Below, piece by piece: positions 40,048 through 49,594 of a DNA stretch of 64,000 nucleotides. The stretch is from Terriglobia bacterium (GTDB lineage: Bacteria > Acidobacteriota > Terriglobia > Acidiferrales > UBA7541). The notes beneath the pieces are model-generated. The model was given only the letters and a program-made list of their open reading frames with translations, did no database searches and had not been told where the DNA came from. A program made the position numbers and the translations under genes. The stretch covers positions 3,360,001-3,424,000 of the forward strand of contig OY968796.1 in assembly GCA_963695545.1 (NCBI GenBank), given 5' to 3'. Positions within the stretch are counted from its first letter, which is position 1; the number at the start of each line of letters is the position of its first letter.

Positions 40048-40890
40048 CTACATCACAGCCGTCGACGGCGAACCGAGAATTGGCGGCACCAAGGGGCTAC
40101 AGGCCACCGGCGCCGGTGGCCTGTAGCCCAGCGCTGAGTGCGGACGCAGCGTGTTGTACACCATCCGCCATTTCTCGATCACGATCTGCGCTTCCTTCAG
40201 CGAGTAAAAAATCTCTCCGTTCAAACATTCATCGCGCAATTTCCCGTTGAAGCTTTCGCAGTAGCCATTCTCCCAAGGGCTTCCCGGTTCGATGTACAGC
40301 GTCCCCGTTCCCACCTTCGCCAGCCAACTCCTCAGCTCCTTGGCCACGAACTCCGGGCCGTTGTCCGAGCGAATATGTTCCGGAATTCCCCGGTAAAGCA
40401 TCACGTCCGCCAGCGCTTCGATCACTTCGTATCTCCCCAGCCTTCTCGCCACGCGGATCGCCAGGCACTCCCGCGTGTATTCGTCGATCAGCGTCAGCAT
40501 TCGCAGTGTTCGGCCGTCGTGGGTCATCGCGCTCACGAAATCGTAGCTCCACACATGGTTGGCTCGTTCCGGCCGGAGACGAACACACGATCCGTCGTTC
40601 AACCACAGCCTTCCTCGCGGCCTTTGTCCCTGCGGCACTTTCAGCCCTTCGCGCCGCCAGATCCGCTGCACCCGATCCTTGCCCACATACCAGCCCCGTG
40701 CTTGCAACAGCGCCGTGATCCTCCGATAGCCGAAGCGCCCGTACTCGCTGGCCAGCGCCACGATGTCTCGCGTCAGCGCGTCTTCATCCGTTCGGTGGAT
40801 CACCTCGTAGCGTTGTGTCCCTCTCCACTGCCCCAGCAACCGGCAGGCATGCCGCTCTGATACTTGGTAGCTCTCGCGTGCATGCTCCAC
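40048..40890 (-). CDS. IS3 transposase OrfB
   Basis: Translation identical to 9299..10141. Confidence 0.95.
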   Translation of the reverse strand: MEHARESYQVSERHACRLLGQWRGTQRYEVIHRTDEDALTRDIVALASEYGRFGYRRITALLQARGWYVGKDRVQRIWRREGLKVPQGQRPRGRLWLNDGSCVRLRPERANHVWSYDFVSAMTHDGRTLRMLTLIDEYTRECLAIRVARRLGRYEVIEALADVMLYRGIPEHIRSDNGPEFVAKELRSWLAKVGTGTLYIEPGSPWENGYCESFNGKLRDECLNGEIFYSLKEAQIVIEKWRMVYNTLRPHSALGYRPPAPVACSPLVPPILGSPSTAVM

Positions 40891-40913
40891 CGCGCTACGT
40901 CGCCGCTCAGGGC

Positions 40914-41192
40914 TTAGAAGTTTCCCTCTGCCACATCCTTCAGAATTTGCTTCTCCAACGAAAGCTCCGCCACCAACCGTTTCAGCTTGGCGTTTTCCCG
41001 CTCCAACTCTTTGAGGCGTTTCGCTTGATCCAACTTCAGGCCGCCGTATTCCTTCCGCCAGCGGTAGTAGGTCTGCGCGGTGATCTCGGCTTCCTTGCAG
41101 GCTTGTGGGGTGCTCTTTCCGTTGGCGATTTCAACTTCAACTTGCCGCAGCAGCGTGACGATCTGCTCCGGCTTGTATCTCCTCATCGGCAT
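40914..41192 (-). CDS. IS3 transposase OrfA
   Basis: Translation identical to copy 1 OrfA. Confidence 0.93.
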   Translation of the reverse strand: MPMRRYKPEQIVTLLRQVEVEIANGKSTPQACKEAEITAQTYYRWRKEYGGLKLDQAKRLKELERENAKLKRLVAELSLEKQILKDVAEGNF

Positions 41193-41342
41193 ACCAGCTT
41201 CCCTCCAGAGTGAATTCTCTCTCACTCCCGCTGGTACAAAAAACCCCGGTCAGGTCACTACCCCGGGGTTTAACCCGGGGTTAAGCTGTTTCGCCCCTAT
41301 GGGGCTGGCCATCGAGTGACCCCGCAATTTTGGCCCGGACCC

Positions 41343-43720
41343 TTATTCTCGTTTGAGCTCCCCTGCGGAATCGTCTTGCACCTGTGCGCTGGGCCGCGAT
41401 GGCGGCGCGGGCTGCGTTTGCGCTCCGGGTCGGGGCGGCAGCTTCGTCCTAACCGGCACGATTAACGGCGCGGATGTGAGCAGCTGCTGGATCTCGCGCA
41501 TTTGTTTTACGCGGGCGTCTTCGCCGGGGACTACCAGCTCGCTCAGGCCCAGGCAGCTTTTGATGTAGCCGATATTTGCGGGATCCGTGAGCGCGCGCTG
41601 GACCATCGGATCGTTTACGGACATCAATTGTTGCAGCACGGCGCGCTGCTGCGATTTTTGGCGCGGGAACGCTTCGTCGCTTTCGGGATGCGCGAAATAT
41701 TTCCTTTCAGATCGGCCAGGCGAATCCAGCGCGAGCGGAAATTGCCGTCTTCGCCGAGCAGTGGAATTTCGACGTCGTCGGCGCGATTCTTGCGGAAGCA
41801 ATCGACGCCGAGCAGCATCAAATCGGAATAAAAGTTTTTCAGGCGGCGCCACACCAGTCCCAATCGCCCGAGCGCTTGATCGCGCGCCATGGCGTAACCC
41901 GTGGCGGTTTTCTGCGATTCCATTTCGCCGCCGAACACGGCGGGAAAAAGTCCGGAAAGAAATTGAGGAATCGGGCCCATCAATTCTTCCTGATGGCGCA
42001 GCATATCGGGCGGAACTTGCGCGGGCGCGGGCTGGAAAAAACTCGCGGCCAGCGGCTGGCCCGGTCGCGCGCGCGCGGGATAATGCGCGGCGGGCTCGGC
42101 GGTCTGCTGCTGCAGCGCGTCGAAGTCGATCACTTGCGGATCGGCGTAAATCGGCGGAATGCCGTACTCGTAAGTTTCCGCCTGAATGTTCGAGAGCGTG
42201 TTGTAGCGTTCCTGAATTTCGACGAGCGAGCTGCCGACGGCCGGGCGATTCTGGCCGTCGCCGGGCAGCGCGTGCATCACGCGCCAGCGATCGTCCATGG
42301 TTTCGTTGCGCGATTCGCAATAGGTCTCGCCGGCGAACGCGGCGTAGCAGCCGTCGGGAAAAAGTTGCAGCAGCGCTTCGCGCACGGAGACGTCTTCGAT
42401 CGCGTGAAACGCCCACGGGCGAATCCAGGTGCGCGAAAACGTGACGAGATTTACGAGCGCGTCGCCGGGCAGCGTGGTGGGCATGCCCTGCGCGATCGAA
42501 ACGCGCGAGGCGCGCGCGTAAACGTCGTCGGCCTCGATCGGGCCGCCCATTTCGATTTTATCGGCGGCCAGCGGATACGCGGCTTTCAATTTCGCGCGAT
42601 GCACTTCCATCTGCCATTGCAGATAGGGAAATTCGTGCATCTCGTTGGCCCACACGGGAGTGTTGAGCTCGAGTCCGCCCACGATAGAGATCACTTCTTG
42701 TCCATTCGGGACGCGGCGCGTGCCTACCACGCGCGGCACGCACACTTTTTCCGCGGGGCGAAGATCGTCGGGCGTGAGCGCGGTGCCGCAGGCGGAGCAA
42801 ACTGGCTCGGTGCGCGGCGCGACCTGCTTTTTCGATTTCTTCCCTGCTTCGTTCCCTGCTGCTGAAGCCGCTGTAATTTCTCCGGCAGTGGGCGCGGGCG
42901 TTTCCGTGCCGCACTCGGGGCAAACGTAATATTCGGGACCGAGCGCGATTTCGATGGGCTCGATATTCGGTTCATCGTGCCAACCGAAACGCTGCGCGTC
43001 GGCAACGTAGCGCACGTAGCCGCCGACCTTGCCGTCGGTCCACAGAAAAAACGCCAGCGCGGTGAGCAATCGCTCAACGTGATTGTTGCGCTCGACAAGA
43101 TCGGAGACTTCGCTCGCGAGGCGCGCGGCGGATAAATCGAGCAGCGATTGCGCGGACTGCGGATAAAAGCGCGTGGTCGGCACGTCCTGACTGAGCACGG
43201 AAATGAACGAGAGGCCGAAGGCTTGATACAAATTGGTGACGAATTGATAGCGCGGCATGTCCTCGTCGGATTGGCCGTTATGCGAGCCGACTTCCGTGGG
43301 CAAATGCCATTGCTGATCGCCGGGATTCCACCACGCGTATTGCATGCCTTGCCAGAAAAGTCGCGCCTGGCGAATGCGGCGAATTTCGTAGCGGCGCGCG
43401 GTGAGTCCTTCTTCGCGATATTGCACGACGAGTCCGCGCAGCGCGTTGACGATGCGCGGCGCGAGTTCTTCGAGGCGCTCGTTGTTCGGGCCGAGTTCTT
43501 CGGGCGTGGGCAGCGGGATGGCTTGCGCGGCGCCGGGATCGGGCGCGTTTTCCGATGGCGGCACGGGGCCGGGATTGCTGCCGTCGCGCTCGACGATTTC
43601 GCCGGGGCGAGTCGTCGGCGCGACGCCAGCGGCGGGCTGGCCCGCTCCATTCGCGGCGGCGCATGAGGCGGCGCCAGTGAGAGCAGCCCACGCATTTTCG
43701 AGATTGAGAGCAGTCGACAT
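41343..43720 (-). pseudogene. portal protein with frameshift near 41697 and probably truncated 3' end
   Basis: RLFWQG.QY..W, TNLYQAF and helical portal core. Protein-like sequence switches frame at LKGNI / FAHPESDEAFP. Confidence 0.75.
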
Positions 43721-43732
43721 TTATTCTCCCCG

Positions 43733-44026
43733 CTAGTTGTGTCGTGTATGCGCGTCGCGAATCGAGGCTTGGCGCGTGGCTTCGCGTTCGCGCATCATCG
43801 CGATTTGTGGCCAGGAGCGGCGGCGCACGACCGGCTCGGTCGGCTTGCGCTCGGCGGTCGAGGCGTCGCCGATCGCAAGCGGCGGGAAGCCGGCGGTGCC
43901 GAGCAGCGAATTCGTGAGGGCGCGATTTTCGGCGCGAAGGCGCGCGACGTCGTCCTCGAGCATGCGCACGTAGCGGCCGCGCAGGGCGTGGGCGATCGCG
44001 CGGAGGAATTCGATTGGGCGTTGCAT
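43733..44026 (-). CDS. hypothetical coiled-coil phage protein
   Basis: Between terminase and portal, LEDDVARLRAENRAL. Confidence 0.7.
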   Translation of the reverse strand: MQRPIEFLRAIAHALRGRYVRMLEDDVARLRAENRALTNSLLGTAGFPPLAIGDASTAERKPTEPVVRRRSWPQIAMMREREATRQASIRDAHTRHN

Positions 44027-44170
44027 CGTTTGTGTCGCGAATAGATTTTGTAGCGGAGGCCTTTAGGCCTCCAGGTTTTCCGCAGAGAACCAAAAACGAA
44101 ACCAAAAGCAAACGCCAGATGGAGGCCTGAAGGCCCCCGCTACATCAACCACAATCTTCCGCTCGCGCGA

Positions 44171-45748
44171 TTACCAGCGGCGCGGGAGAGGCGCGGGGGC
44201 GCGGGCGGCGCGGGACTCGCCGACGAATTTGCGGAGCCAGATGGCGCGCGACGTGGGATCATGCGCGGGGATGCGGCCGGCGAGCGCGAGCTCGGCGGGG
44301 ATGCGCGCGGGCTCGATGCGCGATTTCAGGCCGTAGCGCGCGGCGTCGGCGGCGTCGTCGCCATCGACTTTGCGCACGTCCTCGACGTTCACAGTGTCAC
44401 GCGTGAGCGTGGGCAGGCATTCGAGCAACTGATCGCACGCGCTCGAAATTTGCCACTGACCCGTTTCCATCATTTGATACATGAGCATCCAGCCGCCGAC
44501 GCGATCATTGTCGGCGGGCGCGGGGCGCGGGAGGCCGGCGGCGGCCAGGCCTTCGCCGAGTTGCTCGGCGATGGATGCTTCGGCGGTGCGCTCGGCGAAC
44601 GCGTCAGGCGAAAGAAATATTTCGGCGATGCGCTCGAGTTCGCCGTTGCGGCCGACACTGCGTTCGGCGATCGCGGCGGAAAGCATGCGCGGCGACAAAT
44701 GATTCTGCACGAACTCGCGATACGTGAGCGTGACGCCGTCGGGCCGCGCGGTGTGCCAATAGACCGCGCTGGGATGCTCGAAGCCCCAATCAATCGAAAT
44801 CCAGCGCGGCCACCAGCTTTCAAGCTGGATGGTGTGCGAGGCGACGACATGGCGCGCGCGATCGAAGGAATCGAAATATTGGCCGGCGAAAACATTCCAA
44901 TCGCCGTCGAGAAAAGCCTGGCGCAGGGCTCGCGGCAGCGCGCGCAAAGTTTTCAGATACGATTCGTCGTTCGCGTAAATCGGATTGTCGCGCACCGTCG
45001 CGCGAATGAAAGCGTAATCGCGCGGATCGTATTCACCGGCCTGCTCCATGCCGGGCGCGGGACGCTTTTCGATCCACAACGCTTTCACCCAGGCGTGGCC
45101 GGTGTTGCCGGGATTCGTGGCGCCGGCCATGTTGGGCCGGGCGTCGCGCAGGGGGCAGCGATTTCGCGACGTTAGAAATTGCCACTGGCGCAGCGTGAAG
45201 TGCGTTAGCTCGTCGATGCCGATGAAAACGAATTCCGCGCCCTGATATTGATAGACGTCGTTTTCGCTGGCGGAATATCCGAAGCGCGTGGTCGAGCCAT
45301 TTTTCCAGGTGACGATGTGTTTCGAGTCGTTGTAGCGCAAATATAAATTGCGCGGCACGTCGCGCCGGAAATATCCGAGCAGCGAGGCTTCGAGTTCCGG
45401 AAACGTGCGGCGCGGAAGCAGCGTGTCAACGCCGGGATATTGATTCGCCTGGCGGATGGCTTCCCACAGCAGCGCTTTGGTTTTTCCGGGACCAGCCGCG
45501 CCACCGAACAGGCGATACTTCGCGTTCGAGCGATGAAATTCTTCCTGGCGCGGAAACGGGCGATAGTGTTCCGAGATCACGATGCCGCGGCGCGGACGCG
45601 GCGCGCCGGGGACGATGTCGTCGACGAGCGCGTCGTCTTGATCGGCGTCGTCGTCGAGCGGATCGTCGGCGCGTGCCGTCGCGTCAAGAGAAACATCGCC
45701 GCGGCTCTTTTTCTTCGCGCGCGGGTGTTTGCGTTTCTTGGCCGGCAT
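44171..45748 (-). CDS. terminase large subunit
   Basis: Walker A GGAAGPGKT, Walker B FIGIDE, ATNPG, DNPIY, RNase H motifs IDWGFEHP and DDAADAARY. Confidence 0.93.
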   Translation of the reverse strand: MPAKKRKHPRAKKKSRGDVSLDATARADDPLDDDADQDDALVDDIVPGAPRPRRGIVISEHYRPFPRQEEFHRSNAKYRLFGGAAGPGKTKALLWEAIRQANQYPGVDTLLPRRTFPELEASLLGYFRRDVPRNLYLRYNDSKHIVTWKNGSTTRFGYSASENDVYQYQGAEFVFIGIDELTHFTLRQWQFLTSRNRCPLRDARPNMAGATNPGNTGHAWVKALWIEKRPAPGMEQAGEYDPRDYAFIRATVRDNPIYANDESYLKTLRALPRALRQAFLDGDWNVFAGQYFDSFDRARHVVASHTIQLESWWPRWISIDWGFEHPSAVYWHTARPDGVTLTYREFVQNHLSPRMLSAAIAERSVGRNGELERIAEIFLSPDAFAERTAEASIAEQLGEGLAAAGLPRPAPADNDRVGGWMLMYQMMETGQWQISSACDQLLECLPTLTRDTVNVEDVRKVDGDDAADAARYGLKSRIEPARIPAELALAGRIPAHDPTSRAIWLRKFVGESRAARAPAPLPRRW

Positions 45749-45754
45749 TGTGGC

Positions 45755-46153
45755 TCAGCGCGAAATCGGGGTGTCGGCGCCGGCCGCGTGGAGATTGTCG
45801 CGACCGGCGTGCGCGGCGTTGGCGTCATGACGATCGGCGTCGGCGCGCGGATCGTTGGCGTCGCCGGCGTCTTGGCGATCGCGGTCGTAGCCGGCGTCAG
45901 GCGGCAGCGGCGATTGTTTCAGATACGCGGCGACGCCGATGATGCCGCTCATCGCCGCGCTGACCATCGCGATTGCGAGCGTGGCGCGCAGGCCGGCCTG
46001 CAAATTGAAATGTGCCGGGTCGATGCCGACCGCGGCGAAACCGGTGATGATTCCGTTGGCGCAGCCGGCGATGGCCGCGGCCACGATTCCCTTGGCCCAC
46101 GCTTCCCAGACGGAAAACGTTGTGGCGTCAGAGTGTGGAGTGTGGCGCGTCAT
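45755..46153 (-). CDS. holin-like 2-TM protein
   Basis: Two TM helices then YLKQSPLP and a charged tail. Confidence 0.6.
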   Translation of the reverse strand: MTRHTPHSDATTFSVWEAWAKGIVAAAIAGCANGIITGFAAVGIDPAHFNLQAGLRATLAIAMVSAAMSGIIGVAAYLKQSPLPPDAGYDRDRQDAGDANDPRADADRHDANAAHAGRDNLHAAGADTPISR

Positions 46154-46264
46154 CGCGTCGCGTTTCGTTTTCGTGCGCGAAATCGTCGGGCGCAGAACGT
46201 GGGGAAAATGTTATGTAGCGGAGGCCTTCAGGCCTCCAGCCGTTTGCGCGCGAACGCTCAGGGC

Positions 46265-46705
46265 TCACGCCCTTCGCTGGAATGTGTCGCCCCTACGGGG
46301 CTGGTTCTGTGTTGCGCGCTCGATCGCGCGGCGTTGTGTGCACCGTGGATCCGCGTCGCGCACGGACGGCGCTGAATTGCTTCGTGCCCGCGGGAGCTGC
46401 ATCGATGCAGCGCTCTCCGTTCTTCCGTTCTCAAATGCGTGTTGGCGCGCGAGGTCGCGGGCTTCGCGCTTGCGAGATTGCGCTTCGTCGTATTTGCGCC
46501 AGTGGGTGCGATTCGCGGCGGTCATGCGGCGGACGAGAATTCCCTGCGCCATGGCGGCGAAACGCGCGAAGGGGTCGTCGGCGGGAATGTGTTCGCTCTT
46601 CCACCGCTGCTCGCGCGAAACACGGCGCGTCGCAGAAGATGGCGCGGTGCCGCGGCGCTGGCGAGAATTCGCGCGGCGCGTGATCGAGCTAGCACCGCTC
46701 GTCAT
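46265..46705 (-). CDS. hypothetical basic protein
   Basis: ATGA overlap with the upstream gene. 3' end runs into a REP. Confidence 0.4.
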   Translation of the reverse strand: MTSGASSITRRANSRQRRGTAPSSATRRVSREQRWKSEHIPADDPFARFAAMAQGILVRRMTAANRTHWRKYDEAQSRKREARDLARQHAFENGRTESAASMQLPRARSNSAPSVRDADPRCTQRRAIERATQNQPRRGDTFQRRA

Positions 46706-48885
46706 CGCGTTAGATTCCAGGTGATCGCGAAATAATCGATCAGCATGTTGGCGGCGCCGTTGGCGTTGTCGGTCGTCTCGAACGCGGGGGACATCAGCGC
46801 GCTGGGCACTGTGGCCGAAAGGCTGCTGCACACTGTGGTGCCGTTGATCGCGAAAGAAACCGACGTGGACGACGTGAACGTGATCGAGAGCGCATAAAAA
46901 GTTCCGGTCGCGGCGGTCACGCCGGAACTTGTGGAGTTCGGCGTGCCGGACGTATTCACCACGCAATTCCAATTCGCGGCGCCGGAGACGCCGGTGTTCA
47001 CGGCTTCAAAATAAACGGCGGAGTTCGGCGCTTCCTGATTCGTCGAGGTGGTATCGAAAACGCCAAAGCGCGTGGTGCCGTTCGGAGCGGCGACCGTGGT
47101 GCCGGAGGGCAACAGATCGCCGGTGATCGTGAAACTATTCGCGGTGGGATTCATCAGCGGCGTGGATTGGCCCGAGAGCACCCAATATTCCCAGTCGGTG
47201 CCGCCGCTCGCGCCGCCGGATTCGAGTTCGATCAGGCCGGGATGATTCGCGGCTTGCTGATTCGATCCCGTAGGTTGCGGCGAGACGCTGCCTCCGCCGC
47301 CATTTTTAACGAAGCCGATGGCCGACGTGGAGGAACTGTTCATCAGGAAATCGTCGAAGACCGTGGCGGTGGCCGCGGAAAAACTGCCGCTGCCGCCGGA
47401 AGGCGTGGCGCAATTCGCATTTCCGCTCGCGGCGATGCCGGTGGCGAATTGCGAGCCGGAGCATTGCGTCGGCGTGGACGCGAGCGCCGTGGCTGTCGCG
47501 GCGTTGCCCGTCGTGTTCTGATTCAACGTCGGAATGCTCGAGCAATTCGCGTTGCCGCTGGCGGCGATGCCGGTTGAGAATTGCGAGCCGGAGCATTGCG
47601 ATGGCGTGGACGCTAATGCCGTTGCGGTTGCCGCGTTGCCCGTAGTGTTCGCCGCGTTATTCGGAATGTCGGCGGAGACCAGCGATTCGTAACTGGGCGC
47701 GGCGGCGGAGCCGGTATTGTTGCCGAAATATTTGTGCGCGCCGGCTTGCGCGAGCGTTGCGGTGACGGCGCCGGTGGATGCGCTGTTGTTGAGCAGCGTG
47801 CCGTCGCCGGTGAAGGAGCTAACGCCGCCGCCGCTGCCGCTCGCGGAAATCGTGGGGCCGAATTGGCCGCGCGTGATGGAGATGTTCGTGCCGGCGGTGA
47901 ACGGCAGATCGCCGCAGGTGTCGTCCCAAACGCTGCCGGCGGGATCGACCAGCAGCGAGCACGACTGGCCCTGCGCGACCGTGAGCGTGGCGCTGCCGGT
48001 GGAGCTAAAAGTGTAGGAACCGGCCGCGCTGACGGTGATGGCCGTGGCGGAGCCGGAAGTGTTGTTGATGAGCTTGACGTAAAAGCCGGTGTTGCCGAGC
48101 GTGGCGGGCGCGGGCAGCGACGTGGCCACCGCGACCGAGCCTTGATATTCGACGATTGCGTCGCTCGACAAAATTGTGTCGGTGGCCGTGGTCCCGGTGA
48201 CCGCGCGCGGCGCGAGCGAATTCAGCCAGCACGACGGCGCGACGGCGGCGGACGCCGTCACGTTGTAGCCGCAAAAATATTCGCCGTTGGTCGAAGGCGG
48301 CGTGGGGCCGGAGCTGATCGCCGTGCCTGACGATGAATATTCGCCGAACGCGAATTGCGTTCCGGAATTTACCGTGCCGCTGCCGCCACCGCCTCCGCTG
48401 CCGAACGACGTCCAGGTGTTTGGCGCGGAACAATATTTCGGCGTGGCGCTCGAGAGATTGAATTCGACGCTGCCTTCCGAGCAATGGCTCGGATCGGATT
48501 CGTGCGCGACGAAACTATAGGCTTCGCCGAAACCGACCGTGCCTTGCGCGGGGAAAAGCGCGATCGGGACGAGCGGCGTCGGCGTCGGCGACGCGGCGGC
48601 GACTTCGTGCGCGGATTGCGCGCGCGCGGGGATCGCGGCGAGCGCGAACAACGCGCAGAGCGTTAGCAGCGCCCAGGCTGCGAATTTCGGAACCGTGCGG
48701 TTTCGATTCGCGCGCGCGAACGTGCGATTCGGGAAGCTCGCGGCGGCGGAAAAGGCAGAAGCAAAGGCTGGAGGCCTGAAGGCCTCCGCTACATAAACCG
48801 CCGGAGATTTCGCGAGCGGGATGATTTGGTTTGCGCGCGACGCCGACGAGCGAATGGCGCGCGCACGATTGTGTTGCACGCTCAT
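46702..48885 (-). CDS. tail fibre-like protein with signal-peptide-like segment and C-terminal lectin-like domain
   Basis: ATGA overlap with 48882..49274. NTTGNAATATALA..QCSGSQF repeats, Gly/Ser/Thr-rich, LLTLCALFALAAIPARA segment. Confidence 0.7.
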   Translation of the reverse strand: MSVQHNRARAIRSSASRANQIIPLAKSPAVYVAEAFRPPAFASAFSAAASFPNRTFARANRNRTVPKFAAWALLTLCALFALAAIPARAQSAHEVAAASPTPTPLVPIALFPAQGTVGFGEAYSFVAHESDPSHCSEGSVEFNLSSATPKYCSAPNTWTSFGSGGGGGSGTVNSGTQFAFGEYSSSGTAISSGPTPPSTNGEYFCGYNVTASAAVAPSCWLNSLAPRAVTGTTATDTILSSDAIVEYQGSVAVATSLPAPATLGNTGFYVKLINNTSGSATAITVSAAGSYTFSSTGSATLTVAQGQSCSLLVDPAGSVWDDTCGDLPFTAGTNISITRGQFGPTISASGSGGGVSSFTGDGTLLNNSASTGAVTATLAQAGAHKYFGNNTGSAAAPSYESLVSADIPNNAANTTGNAATATALASTPSQCSGSQFSTGIAASGNANCSSIPTLNQNTTGNAATATALASTPTQCSGSQFATGIAASGNANCATPSGGSGSFSAATATVFDDFLMNSSSTSAIGFVKNGGGGSVSPQPTGSNQQAANHPGLIELESGGASGGTDWEYWVLSGQSTPLMNPTANSFTITGDLLPSGTTVAAPNGTTRFGVFDTTSTNQEAPNSAVYFEAVNTGVSGAANWNCVVNTSGTPNSTSSGVTAATGTFYALSITFTSSTSVSFAINGTTVCSSLSATVPSALMSPAFETTDNANGAANMLIDYFAITWNLTR

Positions 48886-49274
48886 CGGCTGAAGCTCCCG
48901 GTGATGGTGACGGCGTTTTGCAGCGAGACGAGTTTCAGGCGCACGAATTTCGCGGTGACGAAGGGCGCGTCGAGATGCGCGGCGAATCCGGCGTTCACTT
49001 GCGCGATCGCGCCGTCGTTGGTGGTGCCTTGATCGAGCGTGTAGTAGGCGGAATCCTGATCGACGTTGGCGACTTGCACGTCGACCTCGAACGTGCCGGG
49101 ATTGCCTCCGAATTGAATGTCGGCGGAAAACGGAGTGCCGCCGCGGGAATCGCGTTCGCCGAGCGCGACCTGCTGGCTGGCGGTGCCGGCCGTGGGGCTT
49201 TCGGCGTTCCAAACGGTCTGCAAATCGCCCGGCCAGATGGCGTACGGCGGCGAAATCGTGTTGTATGCGGGCAT
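48882..49274 (-). CDS. small beta-rich protein, paralogue of 52905..53276
   Basis: GAGGGAG RBS, MPAYN...PPY...PGD ... Y.TLD ... AKF.R. Confidence 0.75.
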   Translation of the reverse strand: MPAYNTISPPYAIWPGDLQTVWNAESPTAGTASQQVALGERDSRGGTPFSADIQFGGNPGTFEVDVQVANVDQDSAYYTLDQGTTNDGAIAQVNAGFAAHLDAPFVTAKFVRLKLVSLQNAVTITGSFSR

Positions 49275-49594
49275 GCGGATCTCCCTCGTCGAGAATTTCG
49301 GGCGCGAGCGCGTCGGAGTGTTCGGGTGGCACGAGCGGCGCGAAAGAAAAGATGTGTCGCCCCTACGGGGCTTAAAACAAATGGAGAAGAAATATTTTTG
49401 CTGCGCGTACCCAGGGCTTACGCCCTGGGCTAAGCTCTTTCGCCCCTACGGGGCTGGTTTTTCGGCGCCGTCGCGATTGCGCGGCGTGGCGTCAGATGTT
49501 GGTGCGGTTCGCACGTGAAAAGCAAGATGGAGGCCTGAAGGCCTCCGCTACATAAGGCAAAAGACAATTCGCGATCGCGCCGCGCGCCTCGCGG

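Larger units (their letters stand above)
40008..41257 (-). mobile_element. IS3-family insertion sequence, copy 2 (inverted relative to copy 1), 1250 bp
   Basis: Same ends and identical OrfA/OrfB translations. No target duplication seen. Confidence 0.95.
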
